Notes: generated from the letters alone by a model not told the origin. 64,000 bases of DNA from an uncultured Ignavibacteria bacterium (GCA_964371625.1 CAYJMP010000001.1:398673-462672), one strand, 5' to 3'; numbered from the stretch's first letter, positions 37,708 through 47,501 are shown. A program made the numbers and translations.

Positions 37708-38553
37708 ATGCGTCGCATGAGGTTGTCCGTCTTGGTAATGGCCCTGGCTGCAATTGCGGTTGTAGGGTGCAGTGATGATGACGAAGAGGTGATCGACAAG
37801 TTCGTTGCCGAGTTGAGCGCTTCTGGCGAGATTCCGCCGGCTTACCCGGCGACTCTGACCGCCAACATGGTCGGCGGAGCAGAAGTGCCGGCCGTGACCA
37901 CAGGCATGACCGGGATCGCGACACTGACACCGGGCGTTAACTCACTGGCTTACTCGATTACCCTGACCAACGCGACGGCAGTGATCTCGGCTCACATCCA
38001 TGACGGAGCTCCGGGTGAAAATGGCGACGTCCTCTCCCCGCTGTTTACGGGTCCTACGACCGGCGACACCGCCGGCTTGCTGGTGGCCGGGACGATCTCT
38101 ACCCTGCCGCCCGCCATGGCGTCATGGGACGCGTACTTCACGAAGATCCGCAATGGCGATGCCTATGCGAATGTGCACACAACCGCTCATTCGGGTGGCG
38201 AAATACGCGCACAGTCCAACATTGTTGGGAATGCGCGTTTCGAGCTGAACGGCGCTGCCGTTCAGTACGAGATCAAAGTCTACAACGCCCTTGGTGTCAT
38301 CAGCGCCCACATTCATGCGGGCGATGAGACGGTTGCCAATGGCCCGGTGCAGGTGGCGCTCTACAATAATGCCGGCGGCAGCGCGCTAATCAATGGCACG
38401 CTGGTTTCGGGTGAGTTTGACGAGAGCGACATTACCGGCGAGATGACCTTCGACGAATTGGTCGAGGCTATGAAAGACGGCGACGTCTATGTGAATGTGC
38501 ACACGTTGGCCTTTACCGGCGGCGCGATGCGCGGCCAAGTCGGTCCCGAATAA
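37708..38553 (+). CDS. tandem CHRD-domain lipoprotein
   Basis: Lipobox VVGCSDDDEE. Two CHRD units (AHIHDGAPGENGDV and AHIHAGDETVANGPV) each ending GGxxRGQ. Confidence 0.75.
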   Translation: MRRMRLSVLVMALAAIAVVGCSDDDEEVIDKFVAELSASGEIPPAYPATLTANMVGGAEVPAVTTGMTGIATLTPGVNSLAYSITLTNATAVISAHIHDGAPGENGDVLSPLFTGPTTGDTAGLLVAGTISTLPPAMASWDAYFTKIRNGDAYANVHTTAHSGGEIRAQSNIVGNARFELNGAAVQYEIKVYNALGVISAHIHAGDETVANGPVQVALYNNAGGSALINGTLVSGEFDESDITGEMTFDELVEAMKDGDVYVNVHTLAFTGGAMRGQVGPE

Positions 38554-38656
38554 CGACCTGTGTAGAGGTCAGAGGACGGGCATAAAGCCCGCGCCGCAAC
38601 AACCCGGATCGGTCATAGTGGCGCGGGCTTCTCTGCTTACGAGACCATGCAGGATG

Positions 38657-39691
38657 CTACCGGCGCAGGCCTAACTCCCCAACTACCACGACACCTTCCT
38701 CCTGATCGTCGTTCAAATCTTGCACGACCGGGACTCGCACGTTCAGGATGACGTTGATCATCGGTGTGGCGAGCCAACGCACTCCCGGCGTCAGGTACGC
38801 GACACTTCCCCCGGTGTTTTCCAAGTCTTCACCGGCAAACTGGTCCCGCGCTGCATACCGGCCGTTCATTTCGGCTGAGATGCCCCAGGTCGTACTCAGA
38901 CGGTACAGCAAGCCCAGATTGTAGAGATAGGCCGCGCCGTAGAGATAATCGTGATCGTTCTCCGCGGTCGCCCGTACATAGCTGCTGGCGTACGCGGACA
39001 ATGACATGGTCGTGCGCGAGAGGATCGCGCCAATCTGCCCGCCCCAAGAGCCTGTGCCCGGCTGCAGGTGCTCATCAATCCGAACACCATCTTCCTCGAC
39101 CCCGTTTCGCCCACTTGGCGTCTTGACCCCCACGACCAAGGCGGCGTCATACGAGACGTTCGGACGAGAGATGATTTCGTGGGACAGCACGGCGGCGACC
39201 TCCACGTCGCCCAATCCAGAGGCCGATTCACGCGCCTCGACGCCCTCGGTGACCGTCGTGAGACGTCGCACCACAAGCGGCGCTTTAGCGAAGACCGTGA
39301 TGTGATTGCTCACGCCATAAGACCCGCGCAATGTAAGCCGGTGCTCATGGAGCCGGACCTGTTCGGCCTCTTCGTGAGCCACGCCCGCTGGATTGATTCG
39401 GGCAACGGCATCCAGACCGTGGGCCGTCGGGCCGCTGGTTTTGGTCATGTACTGTTCCTGGAAGGTCAGTTCGAGCCGGTGGCTCAGTAGGGCGCGATCG
39501 CCGGTGTAGAAGAACAGATCTTCACCGCAGAGACAGATCGAGCACGCCGTTGCCTCGTGAATCGGAGCCAGCATGAAAAACGAGACCGCCAGAGTAATTG
39601 CGCTCAGCGCGCGGATGCCGCAGTTCACAGTTAGCCTCCCTGCCTGCAAGTTGGTCTCTCGACACATATCAGAACCGCTTCCGTAAAGCAC
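38657..39691 (-). CDS. outer-membrane beta-barrel protein (transporter-like; start uncertain)
   Basis: Signal-like N-terminus. Amphipathic beta-strand periodicity. C-terminal aromatic-rich strand. Family not assigned. Confidence 0.45.
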   Translation of the reverse strand: MLYGSGSDMCRETNLQAGRLTVNCGIRALSAITLAVSFFMLAPIHEATACSICLCGEDLFFYTGDRALLSHRLELTFQEQYMTKTSGPTAHGLDAVARINPAGVAHEEAEQVRLHEHRLTLRGSYGVSNHITVFAKAPLVVRRLTTVTEGVEARESASGLGDVEVAAVLSHEIISRPNVSYDAALVVGVKTPSGRNGVEEDGVRIDEHLQPGTGSWGGQIGAILSRTTMSLSAYASSYVRATAENDHDYLYGAAYLYNLGLLYRLSTTWGISAEMNGRYAARDQFAGEDLENTGGSVAYLTPGVRWLATPMINVILNVRVPVVQDLNDDQEEGVVVVGELGLRR

Positions 39692-39845
39692 TTTCGGCCG
39701 ACAACTTAGGAGACACTCAAAGGCGATTCAATTGGAGAAACAACCTCGCAGCACGTGTATAAGTAGATAAGTAGAGTAGAATCTCGCAGGCCGACGCCGT
39801 GCTCCGTCCCATGGCAATCCCTAAGATTCTGAAACCGAAGGAGGA

Positions 39846-40514
39846 ATGGCCATGAAAAGGACATACCAACTGTCCGGCACTCTTTGCCTCATCGGACTCC
39901 TGACACTCTCCGGGTGCTCGACCACATCGAACCAGTCGACGGGTACAGGCGTCATCCGTAGCGAGAACGCCACAAGTACGCGACTGGCCACTGTTCCGTC
40001 TGGGACGACCATGGTGGTCAGCCTCGATGAACCGCTGTCCACACGTACGCACAAGACTGGCGATTGGTTCACTGCGCACACCATCAGGCCATTGAGCGTC
40101 GAAGGACGGACGGTATTCCCGGCTGGCTCAGAAGTGCGCGGCCAACTCACACATGATAGGCAGCCCGGCCGCACTTCGGGCAAAGCCGAGATGACGATCT
40201 CATTTGAGCAGATTGTCGATGTCAACGGTCGCCAGCAGAATATCTCGTCCGAGATGATTCCCCTGGTCGGGGCCGACGAGAAAATTAGCGACGAAGAGAA
40301 GGTCGCCGGCGGCGCTGTGATCGGCGGGATTATCGGCGCGTTAACGAGCAAGAAGAAGACCAAAGGCGCCGTCACAGGCGCGCTTGGCGGGGCAGCGGCC
40401 GGTGGAGCCATCGCGCTGGCGACAAGAGGGAATCAAATCGATCTGCCGGCGGGACAGCGATTCGAGGTTGCACTGACTCGTACGGTCGAAGTCCCGATTA
40501 CCCGCGTCGATTAG
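39846..40514 (+). CDS. lipoprotein with C-terminal glycine-zipper (paralog C)
   Basis: Lipobox LTLSGC. GGAVIGGIIGALTSKKKTKGAVTGALGGAAAGGAIALA is nearly identical to the zipper of paralog A. Confidence 0.7.
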   Translation: MAMKRTYQLSGTLCLIGLLTLSGCSTTSNQSTGTGVIRSENATSTRLATVPSGTTMVVSLDEPLSTRTHKTGDWFTAHTIRPLSVEGRTVFPAGSEVRGQLTHDRQPGRTSGKAEMTISFEQIVDVNGRQQNISSEMIPLVGADEKISDEEKVAGGAVIGGIIGALTSKKKTKGAVTGALGGAAAGGAIALATRGNQIDLPAGQRFEVALTRTVEVPITRVD

Positions 40515-40591
40515 GCGCCGTCACGTCACGACGCTTAGACACTCTGGCCGCGACGATTCGCGGCCGGAGTGTTCAATGTCAACCCCGGGTT

Positions 40592-40903
40592 CTACGCCAA
40601 GTGGGCAACCGCTTGTCGCTTGAATTCTCGACGTTTGGCGCTCGTGAGAATCGTGGATGGCAATCTCTGACTCATCCGGTCCAGGAATGCTTCTGCCTCT
40701 TCTTCCACGATGCGCTTCTTTCGCTCCGGGTACTCACGGAAAATAATCGTGTCGATGGCGGAGCGAATGATAGCCGCCACAGAGACGCCCTGCCTGTCGG
40801 CAATTCGTCGGAGCGCCGAAAGCTCTTCCGGTTGCAGAATCATGGAAAATGGCATCAACTTCGCTTTGCTGGCGGCCCAGCGAGTCAGACGGTATCGGGG
40901 CAT
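40592..40903 (-). CDS. ribbon-helix-helix (CopG-like) DNA-binding protein
   Basis: FSMILQPEELSALRRIADRQGVSVAAIIRSAIDTII is a beta-strand plus two helices. GAGGAGGAG RBS before ATG 40903. Confidence 0.55.
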   Translation of the reverse strand: MPRYRLTRWAASKAKLMPFSMILQPEELSALRRIADRQGVSVAAIIRSAIDTIIFREYPERKKRIVEEEAEAFLDRMSQRLPSTILTSAKRREFKRQAVAHLA

Positions 40904-40966
40904 ATCTCCTCCTCGTAGCACTAACAACGCAATTCGTCGCGACAGTGGGTGCCGACGACCTGAATC

Positions 40967-41401
40967 TCAGGTGACAGGGGGTATACCTTCGTTGGGGGCG
41001 ATCTCCGGGGGCAACCCCAGCCACTCACGGGCTTGATCCATCGAGCGAAAGACACGAAACTCATCCTCGGCATCGATCCGTCCCAATTCGAACATTCTCG
41101 CCAAGCCGTAGATTGTGTCATTCGGCGCCACAAACGCGCGCTTGGAGCCATGACCGTACGGATTCCCCGAGATCAGGGCGCGGATCCCCTGGGGCGTGGC
41201 CTTAACCTCAGTCACCGCGCGGCCATCGACCAATTGCGACAGTCCGGGATGAAACAGTGGGTCCCGGCTCACGGATTCCTGATGGTTCACTAAATCCTCG
41301 TCGGTAACCGTCCCCGTGCCAACACTGAAGACGATCCCGAGCTCGGTGTCGATGCGATACGATGCGGACACGCGGCACCTCCTCGCGGCATACACGGCCA
41401 A
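40967..41401 (-). CDS. hypothetical protein, STAS/SpoIIAA-like pattern
   Basis: VGTGTVTDEDL...LVDGRAVTEV...GIRAL...RVFRSMDQAREWL resembles a STAS fold. Weak call. Confidence 0.35.
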   Translation of the reverse strand: MAVYAARRCRVSASYRIDTELGIVFSVGTGTVTDEDLVNHQESVSRDPLFHPGLSQLVDGRAVTEVKATPQGIRALISGNPYGHGSKRAFVAPNDTIYGLARMFELGRIDAEDEFRVFRSMDQAREWLGLPPEIAPNEGIPPVT

Positions 41402-41491
41402 GACCTAACTTCTATCACTACCATTCAAATACGCGGAATGTAACGTAAGCCTCTGACTTTCCATTTGTCAATGGGAGGAAGTTGGCACAGA

Positions 41492-42484
41492 TCAGGCCGG
41501 TTCTTGAGCTGCTAATTCCAACTGCGCCACAATCCGGCGCGTGATCTCCGGCGCGTTGCCGCCGGCGCGGTTATTGACCACGGTGATCGTCGGCAACGCG
41601 ATGTCCAGACCGCTGCGAATGATGAACGCCGCATCCCTGTACATGTCGGGGAGTTCATCGACGAGGCGGTCGAACGGCGAGTAGCGTGCGTACGTGTCCT
41701 CGTAATTCGCCTTGAGTGGTGTGAGCAACCGCGTCAGGCCCAGACCCGAAGTGAACCCCCCTGCCTGCTCCCACTGCCGTCTCAGGCTCGGGAGCCAGGT
41801 CCAATGCGAAAACACATTGCCAATCCGTTTCTGGCGCAGAAAGTCGAAGTAGGCCGGCGTTTTCAGCCGGTCGGTACGCTCTTCGATGTGATAACGGTCA
41901 TCTTTCGGCATGGCATTGAAAAACGTTGCCAGTCTGTCGATGTTCTGGTCCGGAGGCAGGCACTCATCCTTGCGCTGATACCCCTTTTCGAAGACGAAAG
42001 CGGCGATTCGACTACCCAGCAGGCCAAGTGCGGGTTCATAGAACTGACGTATGAATCGATCGGGATCGAGATAACTCTCATTCCCGCGCCGCACACGCTT
42101 TCCCTCGACCGAACGCCACTGCGCGGTTGCCGTGATCGTCTCCGGGACTTTCAGAATGACTTTGCCGTCCGATGGGATATGTTTGGCGTATTCGACCAAG
42201 GGCAGATAGTTGCGCGATGGCTCTCCTTTTTCGTCCAGCAGGAAGGCATAGAACGTGAAGTCGATCTCCAGGGCGCCGTAATGCTCGAAGTACTCTGCCA
42301 CAGTTTTGACCGGCAGCTTCTCCTCGACGAACTTCTCCCCCCTGATCGTCTTTTCACTTCGCGTGATTTTGTAGTCCGCATCAGATGCGTATATCTGGCC
42401 AATCCACCCGGCATAGCGGTCACTCGCCGTGGCGAATTCGACTCCGGGACTGAGATTGCGAAAGCTGTAGCTCGATTGTGACAT
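41492..42484 (-). CDS. DUF72 domain protein
   Basis: ATASDRYAGWIGQIY...YFEHYGALEIDFTFYA matches the DUF72 N-terminal signature. Confidence 0.7.
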   Translation of the reverse strand: MSQSSYSFRNLSPGVEFATASDRYAGWIGQIYASDADYKITRSEKTIRGEKFVEEKLPVKTVAEYFEHYGALEIDFTFYAFLLDEKGEPSRNYLPLVEYAKHIPSDGKVILKVPETITATAQWRSVEGKRVRRGNESYLDPDRFIRQFYEPALGLLGSRIAAFVFEKGYQRKDECLPPDQNIDRLATFFNAMPKDDRYHIEERTDRLKTPAYFDFLRQKRIGNVFSHWTWLPSLRRQWEQAGGFTSGLGLTRLLTPLKANYEDTYARYSPFDRLVDELPDMYRDAAFIIRSGLDIALPTITVVNNRAGGNAPEITRRIVAQLELAAQEPA

Positions 42485-42511
42485 ATGTCGAAGCGGGAGT
42501 TCTTCTCGCCT

Positions 42512-42859
42512 TCATCTTCCCTTGATTTCGACACTCACGACATGAATCGCGACATCGCCGACGTTTTCCAGTGAATGCGGCGGCAGAGGCTCGGACCAAG
42601 TGGCTTTGGGAGTCGGCCCTTTCGGTTTCTGGCGCGTGTCGACCAGGACGTTACCATTGGCATCGCGGCGGACAAAATCGGTGAACGAGATGATGTGGTA
42701 GACACTGGGCCAGCGGTGAGTATGCACCGGCGTGGTTTCGCCCGGTTCGATTCGAGTGTCCAGGACACGGACGTGCTCGTTCTCAAGCAGGACGATGTGA
42801 TGTCTCGGGGCGGCGACGACGGCATCCAATTCGGGCGGCCAGGCAAGGGTGTCAGGCAT
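42512..42859 (-). CDS. cupin domain protein
   Basis: GETTPVHTHRWPSVYHII contains the cupin metal-binding motif. Confidence 0.65.
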   Translation of the reverse strand: MPDTLAWPPELDAVVAAPRHHIVLLENEHVRVLDTRIEPGETTPVHTHRWPSVYHIISFTDFVRRDANGNVLVDTRQKPKGPTPKATWSEPLPPHSLENVGDVAIHVVSVEIKGR

Positions 42860-42933
42860 GCTAAACTCCGATACATGGTGATGCGCTCACGCGCGGCCCT
42901 CTTGCAATTACGGCTTCGCCGCCGCGAGCCTAC

Positions 42934-43407
42934 TTATTCTGCAGCGGTTTGCAGGAGACGCTTCTTCATGCACACGCTGTTTTCCACACCCTGGTATTGA
43001 CCGTAGTTCGGCATGAGCGTGTAACCGCTCTTTGTGTACAAGCGAATCGCCTCCGGCTGTTTCTTGCCGGTTTCGAGGATACACTCGGCAAATCCCAGCT
43101 CTTGGGCCCACTTCTCCAGCTCGTGGAGAACCTCGCCCGCGATGCCCTGCCCACGATACTCCAGAGGTACAAACATCCGTTTAATTTCAGCCACCGCATC
43201 CGAATACTTCTTGACCGCGCCACAACCGACCGGCAACTCGTCCTGGTAGGCAACTACGACATGCGCCAGCGAATCGATCTTGTTAAACGTGGCATAAAAT
43301 CCATGCTCTTCGCCATCACGGACGCTGAGTTCCTGATCGAGTAAAGCGACAAGGCCCCGGAAATCTGGATTGGCCGAATCCGTTCGGATGATGCTTTTCT
43401 GTACCAT
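42934..43407 (-). CDS. GNAT family N-acetyltransferase
   Basis: MVQKS... start at ATG 43407. VPLEYRGQGIAGEVL. The long ORF to 43680 is an upstream extension. Confidence 0.7.
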   Translation of the reverse strand: MVQKSIIRTDSANPDFRGLVALLDQELSVRDGEEHGFYATFNKIDSLAHVVVAYQDELPVGCGAVKKYSDAVAEIKRMFVPLEYRGQGIAGEVLHELEKWAQELGFAECILETGKKQPEAIRLYTKSGYTLMPNYGQYQGVENSVCMKKRLLQTAAE

Positions 43408-43489
43408 GGGTTTCTGGTCGGCAATACTGGTTGGCGCCCCTGGCTCGGCGCACCGTTGGCCCCAGCCGATTGGATAATACGACCCGGGA

Positions 43490-44302
43490 TCACTCGTCGA
43501 TGGGGTTTTCGACCAAGTAGGCGAATCTCGAAAGGCGTCTTTCGCTTGAGAGGTCGCACACGGCCGCAAAAAACCGCTGCAGCCCCGCAAAACGCTCTTC
43601 GCCCTCAACGCGCACCAGGTCGGCTTTGTGCGCCGCTCGCGCCGCATGCCACCGCCCCGACACCAGCGCGGTGTTGGCACTTACATCCTCCTGGCGGATG
43701 AGCCGGAACCCCGCCTGCTTTATGAATTGCTCGTTCAGTCCGGGCGGCACAAAGAGAAATATTCCGATCGAACTTCTCAGCGCCAATTCATCGTTGGTGA
43801 CCGGACCGGTTACGACCACCGGATCGGTGAATAGCGCCCGATTGCCGGGGCGCAGAACTCGGCGCCACTCGCGTAGGACAGCAAGCCGATCCGGGAAATG
43901 ATTCATCGAATCCATGCAGAGCAAGCCGTCGAAAGTCCCGGCGTCGAAGGGCAGCGGGCTGTTGGCATCGGCAACATTGAAGCGCACCCGGTCGGACATA
44001 CCGGCCCTTGCCGCCATCTCGTTGGCCGTGGACACTCCGTGTTCGTTGGCATCGATCCCGGTCATCCTGCACCCGGTGGTGTGAGCCAAGTAAAGCGCCG
44101 GCCCGCCAGAACCACTGGCGACTTCGAGCACATGACTGTCGGCGGTTAGATTCAGATCGGGAAGTAGACGCTCGTACTCATCGACAGTTATCCAGCTGTT
44201 CTGCCCGATATCGGCACCAAATGTCTCCTTACGGATAGCATTAGACACCTGGTCTGTGAAGTGGCTGTAGGCGTTGTAGAAGAAATCGACCCGGTCCGCC
44301 AT
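43490..44302 (-). CDS. class I SAM-dependent methyltransferase
   Basis: VLEVASGSGGPALYLA is motif I. Motif post-I D. Confidence 0.8.
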   Translation of the reverse strand: MADRVDFFYNAYSHFTDQVSNAIRKETFGADIGQNSWITVDEYERLLPDLNLTADSHVLEVASGSGGPALYLAHTTGCRMTGIDANEHGVSTANEMAARAGMSDRVRFNVADANSPLPFDAGTFDGLLCMDSMNHFPDRLAVLREWRRVLRPGNRALFTDPVVVTGPVTNDELALRSSIGIFLFVPPGLNEQFIKQAGFRLIRQEDVSANTALVSGRWHAARAAHKADLVRVEGEERFAGLQRFFAAVCDLSSERRLSRFAYLVENPIDE

Positions 44303-44332
44303 GAGATGTTCTCCGATTGCCTCGATAATCTC

Positions 44333-45277
44333 TTATTGAACCATTCCGAATCGAGGTCTGATCCCAAGGTCGATCATGACCGCGCCATCCCAGAAAGGTG
44401 CATTCCCGATCAGCCCCGTCGCCGGAAACGGCCATTGCTCGAAGAGTCTTGGTTGCTCCGCCAGATAGTACACCTGTGGTTCAGGAACCCGAGCCGAGCC
44501 GATAACCAGCGCGCCCTTTGCGGGAGCGCCAAGGGCCGTGACTTTGCTTCCCCAGGAGTTGACCTCCCAGCGTGTCGACGCCTGCGCGGGGCCATTGCAT
44601 CCGGTCAGTTCCACCCACTTGGCGGAATCCACGGTGAGATGGAACGCGCTCGCCCCCGTGTCGAAGAAGACGGCGGGCACTGTCTTGCCATCGAGAATCA
44701 CGGTCAAAAAGAATTTTCCATCGCGGAGTTCACCTGGCGTCCAGGTCGTCCGTTGCAGGAGCCACGCTGGCGCATCGCCGAGATTCATCAGGGCCAGCCG
44801 CCGGCCCGGATAATCAATCAATACAAGACGTCCGGCCAGCAGATCGAGACCCAATGAACCGATCACCTCGCCTTTGGCGTCGGCATCCGCATCGGAGCGA
44901 ATCCAGGTTGGCCCCAACCGCATGCCGCCGATCCTAAAGTCCCGCACATGGTACATCCCGTCCTGTGTCTCCCACTTACGAATGAATGGGGTGTCGCCAT
45001 AGATGAGTGTCACATCCAGCCCTGTGTCAAACTGGAACCAGCCCCTGGTGCCATCGAGATCCACCGGAATGCGCATGGCCGCGCGGTCGGATACGCCCTC
45101 AGCTTTCGCCCATTCGAATATCGCGTGCGGCAGCACTTCGAAGAGAGAATCAAGCCGTCGAGTTAGATCAGGCTCGGGATTCCCCTGCGCCGCGCGCCCG
45201 GAAACGAATACAAACAGGATTGGCAGGCAACATGCCATGACCGTGCGCATCGTACGATTTCTGGCGGTGGCAACCAT
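44333..45277 (-). CDS. secreted aspartyl protease with two D-T-G active-site motifs (bilobal pepsin-like or tandem retropepsin-like)
   Basis: Signal peptide. FQFDTGLDVTL and FFDTGASAFHL lie about 145 aa apart. Confidence 0.65.
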   Translation of the reverse strand: MVATARNRTMRTVMACCLPILFVFVSGRAAQGNPEPDLTRRLDSLFEVLPHAIFEWAKAEGVSDRAAMRIPVDLDGTRGWFQFDTGLDVTLIYGDTPFIRKWETQDGMYHVRDFRIGGMRLGPTWIRSDADADAKGEVIGSLGLDLLAGRLVLIDYPGRRLALMNLGDAPAWLLQRTTWTPGELRDGKFFLTVILDGKTVPAVFFDTGASAFHLTVDSAKWVELTGCNGPAQASTRWEVNSWGSKVTALGAPAKGALVIGSARVPEPQVYYLAEQPRLFEQWPFPATGLIGNAPFWDGAVMIDLGIRPRFGMVQ

Positions 45278-45525
45278 CTTCGACTCCCTCCGGACACTCC
45301 GACCCAGACTAATCGCAGCTACGCGATGGAGCTCTCAATCTGATTTCTTCTGGCGCAATGCGCAAGGTGGGCGTGCGCCCCACGGCTTGCCATGAGTAAG
45401 CTACCTATCAGTTCGTCGTCGGGGCAACTCGAATGCCTGACCGGTGGCTAGCGGGACGTGCCGGCTGCCCCTGACGCCCTCGCCAGAGTCACCCACGAGC
45501 GTGCACCGCTTCGGGGGAAGGGAGC

Positions 45526-46926
45526 TCACTTGTAGCCGAATATCACCGGAAACACGATCACGACCAGCGCCGCCCACACACAGAAGATCGGCAAGTAGGA
45601 AGTCTGCCACCGTTCGAGCGAAGCGAACGTACCCCTCCCCCGGAGAAAGTGAGTGTAGAGCCACGCCGACCAGGCGAGGTTGACAAGCAACAGGATGTTC
45701 TCGCCTAGCGCGGCCGTCCTGTTGGGAGTGAAGCCATATTCGGTGATGCGCGCGCCGATGGCCGCCAGCGCGAAGCCGTCGACAACGAGGGCGCTTAGCA
45801 CCAGCAGAAGCTGAAGTCTGTCGAAGATTCCTGGAGGCGTAAACGGATCGCGCGCCGAAACCGAATACAGCATTAGCGCGAGGACGAGCACAAGCAGGAG
45901 ATCGAAGGCGATGAGCACTTCACGTTCTACGTTAATGCCACGGCCTGTCACAGCCATGGTAACCAGGAAGACCAGGAGCACAATGGTGAACAGTGGCGTG
46001 AAAATGCGCGTCAAGACTGGCGCCATATTCTCGATCACGTCTTGTTTGGCTTCGACCAGCCAGGCGCCGACAAGAACTGCACCCATGGCACCGCATGGTA
46101 TTATCCACTGCCCCGCAAGCCACTCGACTTTGTAGCCAATTGCTTCGAACATCAGCAATGTGATGCCTGTAAGCACGCCGCCGCCGAGCGCCATCAGGAC
46201 GAAGTAGATGAACAGCTCTCCAGTGAATCGTACAAAGTTCATGCGCGCGCCGGATGACCGCCACTGACCGCCGACATAAGCGACTCCCACCGCAAGCCAC
46301 AGCGCAATCGGCATATGGAGCACCGACAGAACTTCGGTGTGGCTATCGGCTCCCTCGTAGTCCGCCGCCGGTGTGAACGGATAGACATTGGCGAATACGG
46401 CGGCCACGCCAAAGGCCAGGAGCAGCACAATACTCTCCATTGCGCTCAGGTGCCGCTTCCAGGCAAAATAGGCGGTGAGCAGCGGCAAGATGAAAAGCGG
46501 GATGTTGTGCGCGTAGAATGCCGCATGCGCATCGTCGCCAAGATGATGCCCGAAGAGTTCCGGGATCTTGATGGCAATGCCGGCGAGCACGGCGAGCCCG
46601 AGCACGACCATGAACTCAACCCGGCTCGAGTCTTTCGGCTTTCCCTCTGTATCGGCGCCGATGACGAGCTGCTTCCACAGCCGCTCAGAATGCTCCCGCG
46701 CGAATTCGCGCGATAAAGCATCGAGATTGCCCATCCGCTTCACTGCCACGAGAAATGCTTCGTCCACGGCCAGGCCGGAATCCACCAGTGCCGCCACCTG
46801 ATCGCGAAGGTGCGTCTCCAGTTCCTCGACGTCGGGTTTGTGAATCGTCTGATGCCGACGCAGATAGTCGCGCCACGCGGATATTTGTTGTTCGAGCGAG
46901 TCGTCGTTGGTGAGAGCGTTCATTGC
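45526..46926 (-). CDS. DUF4153-like polytopic membrane protein
   Basis: GGAGGG RBS. More than 8 TM helices. Downstream of and co-directional with a PadR regulator, the typical context for this family. Confidence 0.55.
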   Translation of the reverse strand, partial: AMNALTNDDSLEQQISAWRDYLRRHQTIHKPDVEELETHLRDQVAALVDSGLAVDEAFLVAVKRMGNLDALSREFAREHSERLWKQLVIGADTEGKPKDSSRVEFMVVLGLAVLAGIAIKIPELFGHHLGDDAHAAFYAHNIPLFILPLLTAYFAWKRHLSAMESIVLLLAFGVAAVFANVYPFTPAADYEGADSHTEVLSVLHMPIALWLAVGVAYVGGQWRSSGARMNFVRFTGELFIYFVLMALGGGVLTGITLLMFEAIGYKVEWLAGQWIIPCGAMGAVLVGAWLVEAKQDVIENMAPVLTRIFTPLFTIVLLVFLVTMAVTGRGINVEREVLIAFDLLLVLVLALMLYSVSARDPFTPPGIFDRLQLLLVLSALVVDGFALAAIGARITEYGFTPNRTAALGENILLLVNLAWSAWLYTHFLRGRGTFASLERWQTSYLPIFCVWAALVVIVFPVIFGYK

Positions 46927-46968
46927 ATACCCTCCACGGAGTCTGTTAAAACACTCATGCACTCGGCG

Positions 46969-47108
46969 CAAAGATCAAACAAGGATTGCCGGACACGGTC
47001 GGCTCGGCGAAGAGCAGCCGAGCCTCCTCGCAATGACGTTGAGCAGCTTGCATTCGAAAGCTCCGTCATTGCGAGGACCGAAGGGACGAAGCAATCTTTG
47101 TTTGACTG
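46969..47108. repeat. MITE-like element with nested inverted repeats (outer CAAACAAGGATTGC, inner CCTCGCAATGACG)
   Basis: A second copy lies at 55715-55849. Sits between the PadR stop and DUF4153 start. Confidence 0.8.
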
Positions 47109-47126
47109 TACCCAAATGCTGCTCCT

Positions 47127-47501
47127 TCAACCGGCCCCCATGGCCGGCTTCAATCCCTCTCCCCTTGCCACAGCTACCACCGACCAGATTTCGCGCAGCG
47201 CGGCGTCGACCGCCTGCCACTGACGCCTGTGGGCTTCCAGTTGCGCGCGCCCTGACTTGGTGATGTTGTAATATTTGCGAACGCGCCCGGTCTCTGAGCC
47301 CTTTTGCGTCGCCTTGATGTAGCCAAGCCGCTCAAGCCGGTGCAGAACCGGGTAGAGCATCCCATCAGTCCACTGGAGATGCCCGCCCGAAAGCTCGGCC
47401 ACCCGCTTGAGGATGGCATACCCGTAGCTCTCCCCCTCGGACAGGATGGCCAACACGAGGGGTGTGGCAGAAGCGGCGACGAGGTCTTTGCTGATCTCCA
47501 T
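47127..47501 (-). CDS. PadR family transcriptional regulator
   Basis: LVLAILSEGESYGYAILKRV...DGMLYPVLHRLERLGYI. Confidence 0.85.
   Translation of the reverse strand: MEISKDLVAASATPLVLAILSEGESYGYAILKRVAELSGGHLQWTDGMLYPVLHRLERLGYIKATQKGSETGRVRKYYNITKSGRAQLEAHRRQWQAVDAALREIWSVVAVARGEGLKPAMGAG

Noticed and set aside
42575-43344. Plus-strand ORFs antisense to the cupin and GNAT genes
   Set aside because: Shadow ORFs. The minus-strand genes have clear family signatures.
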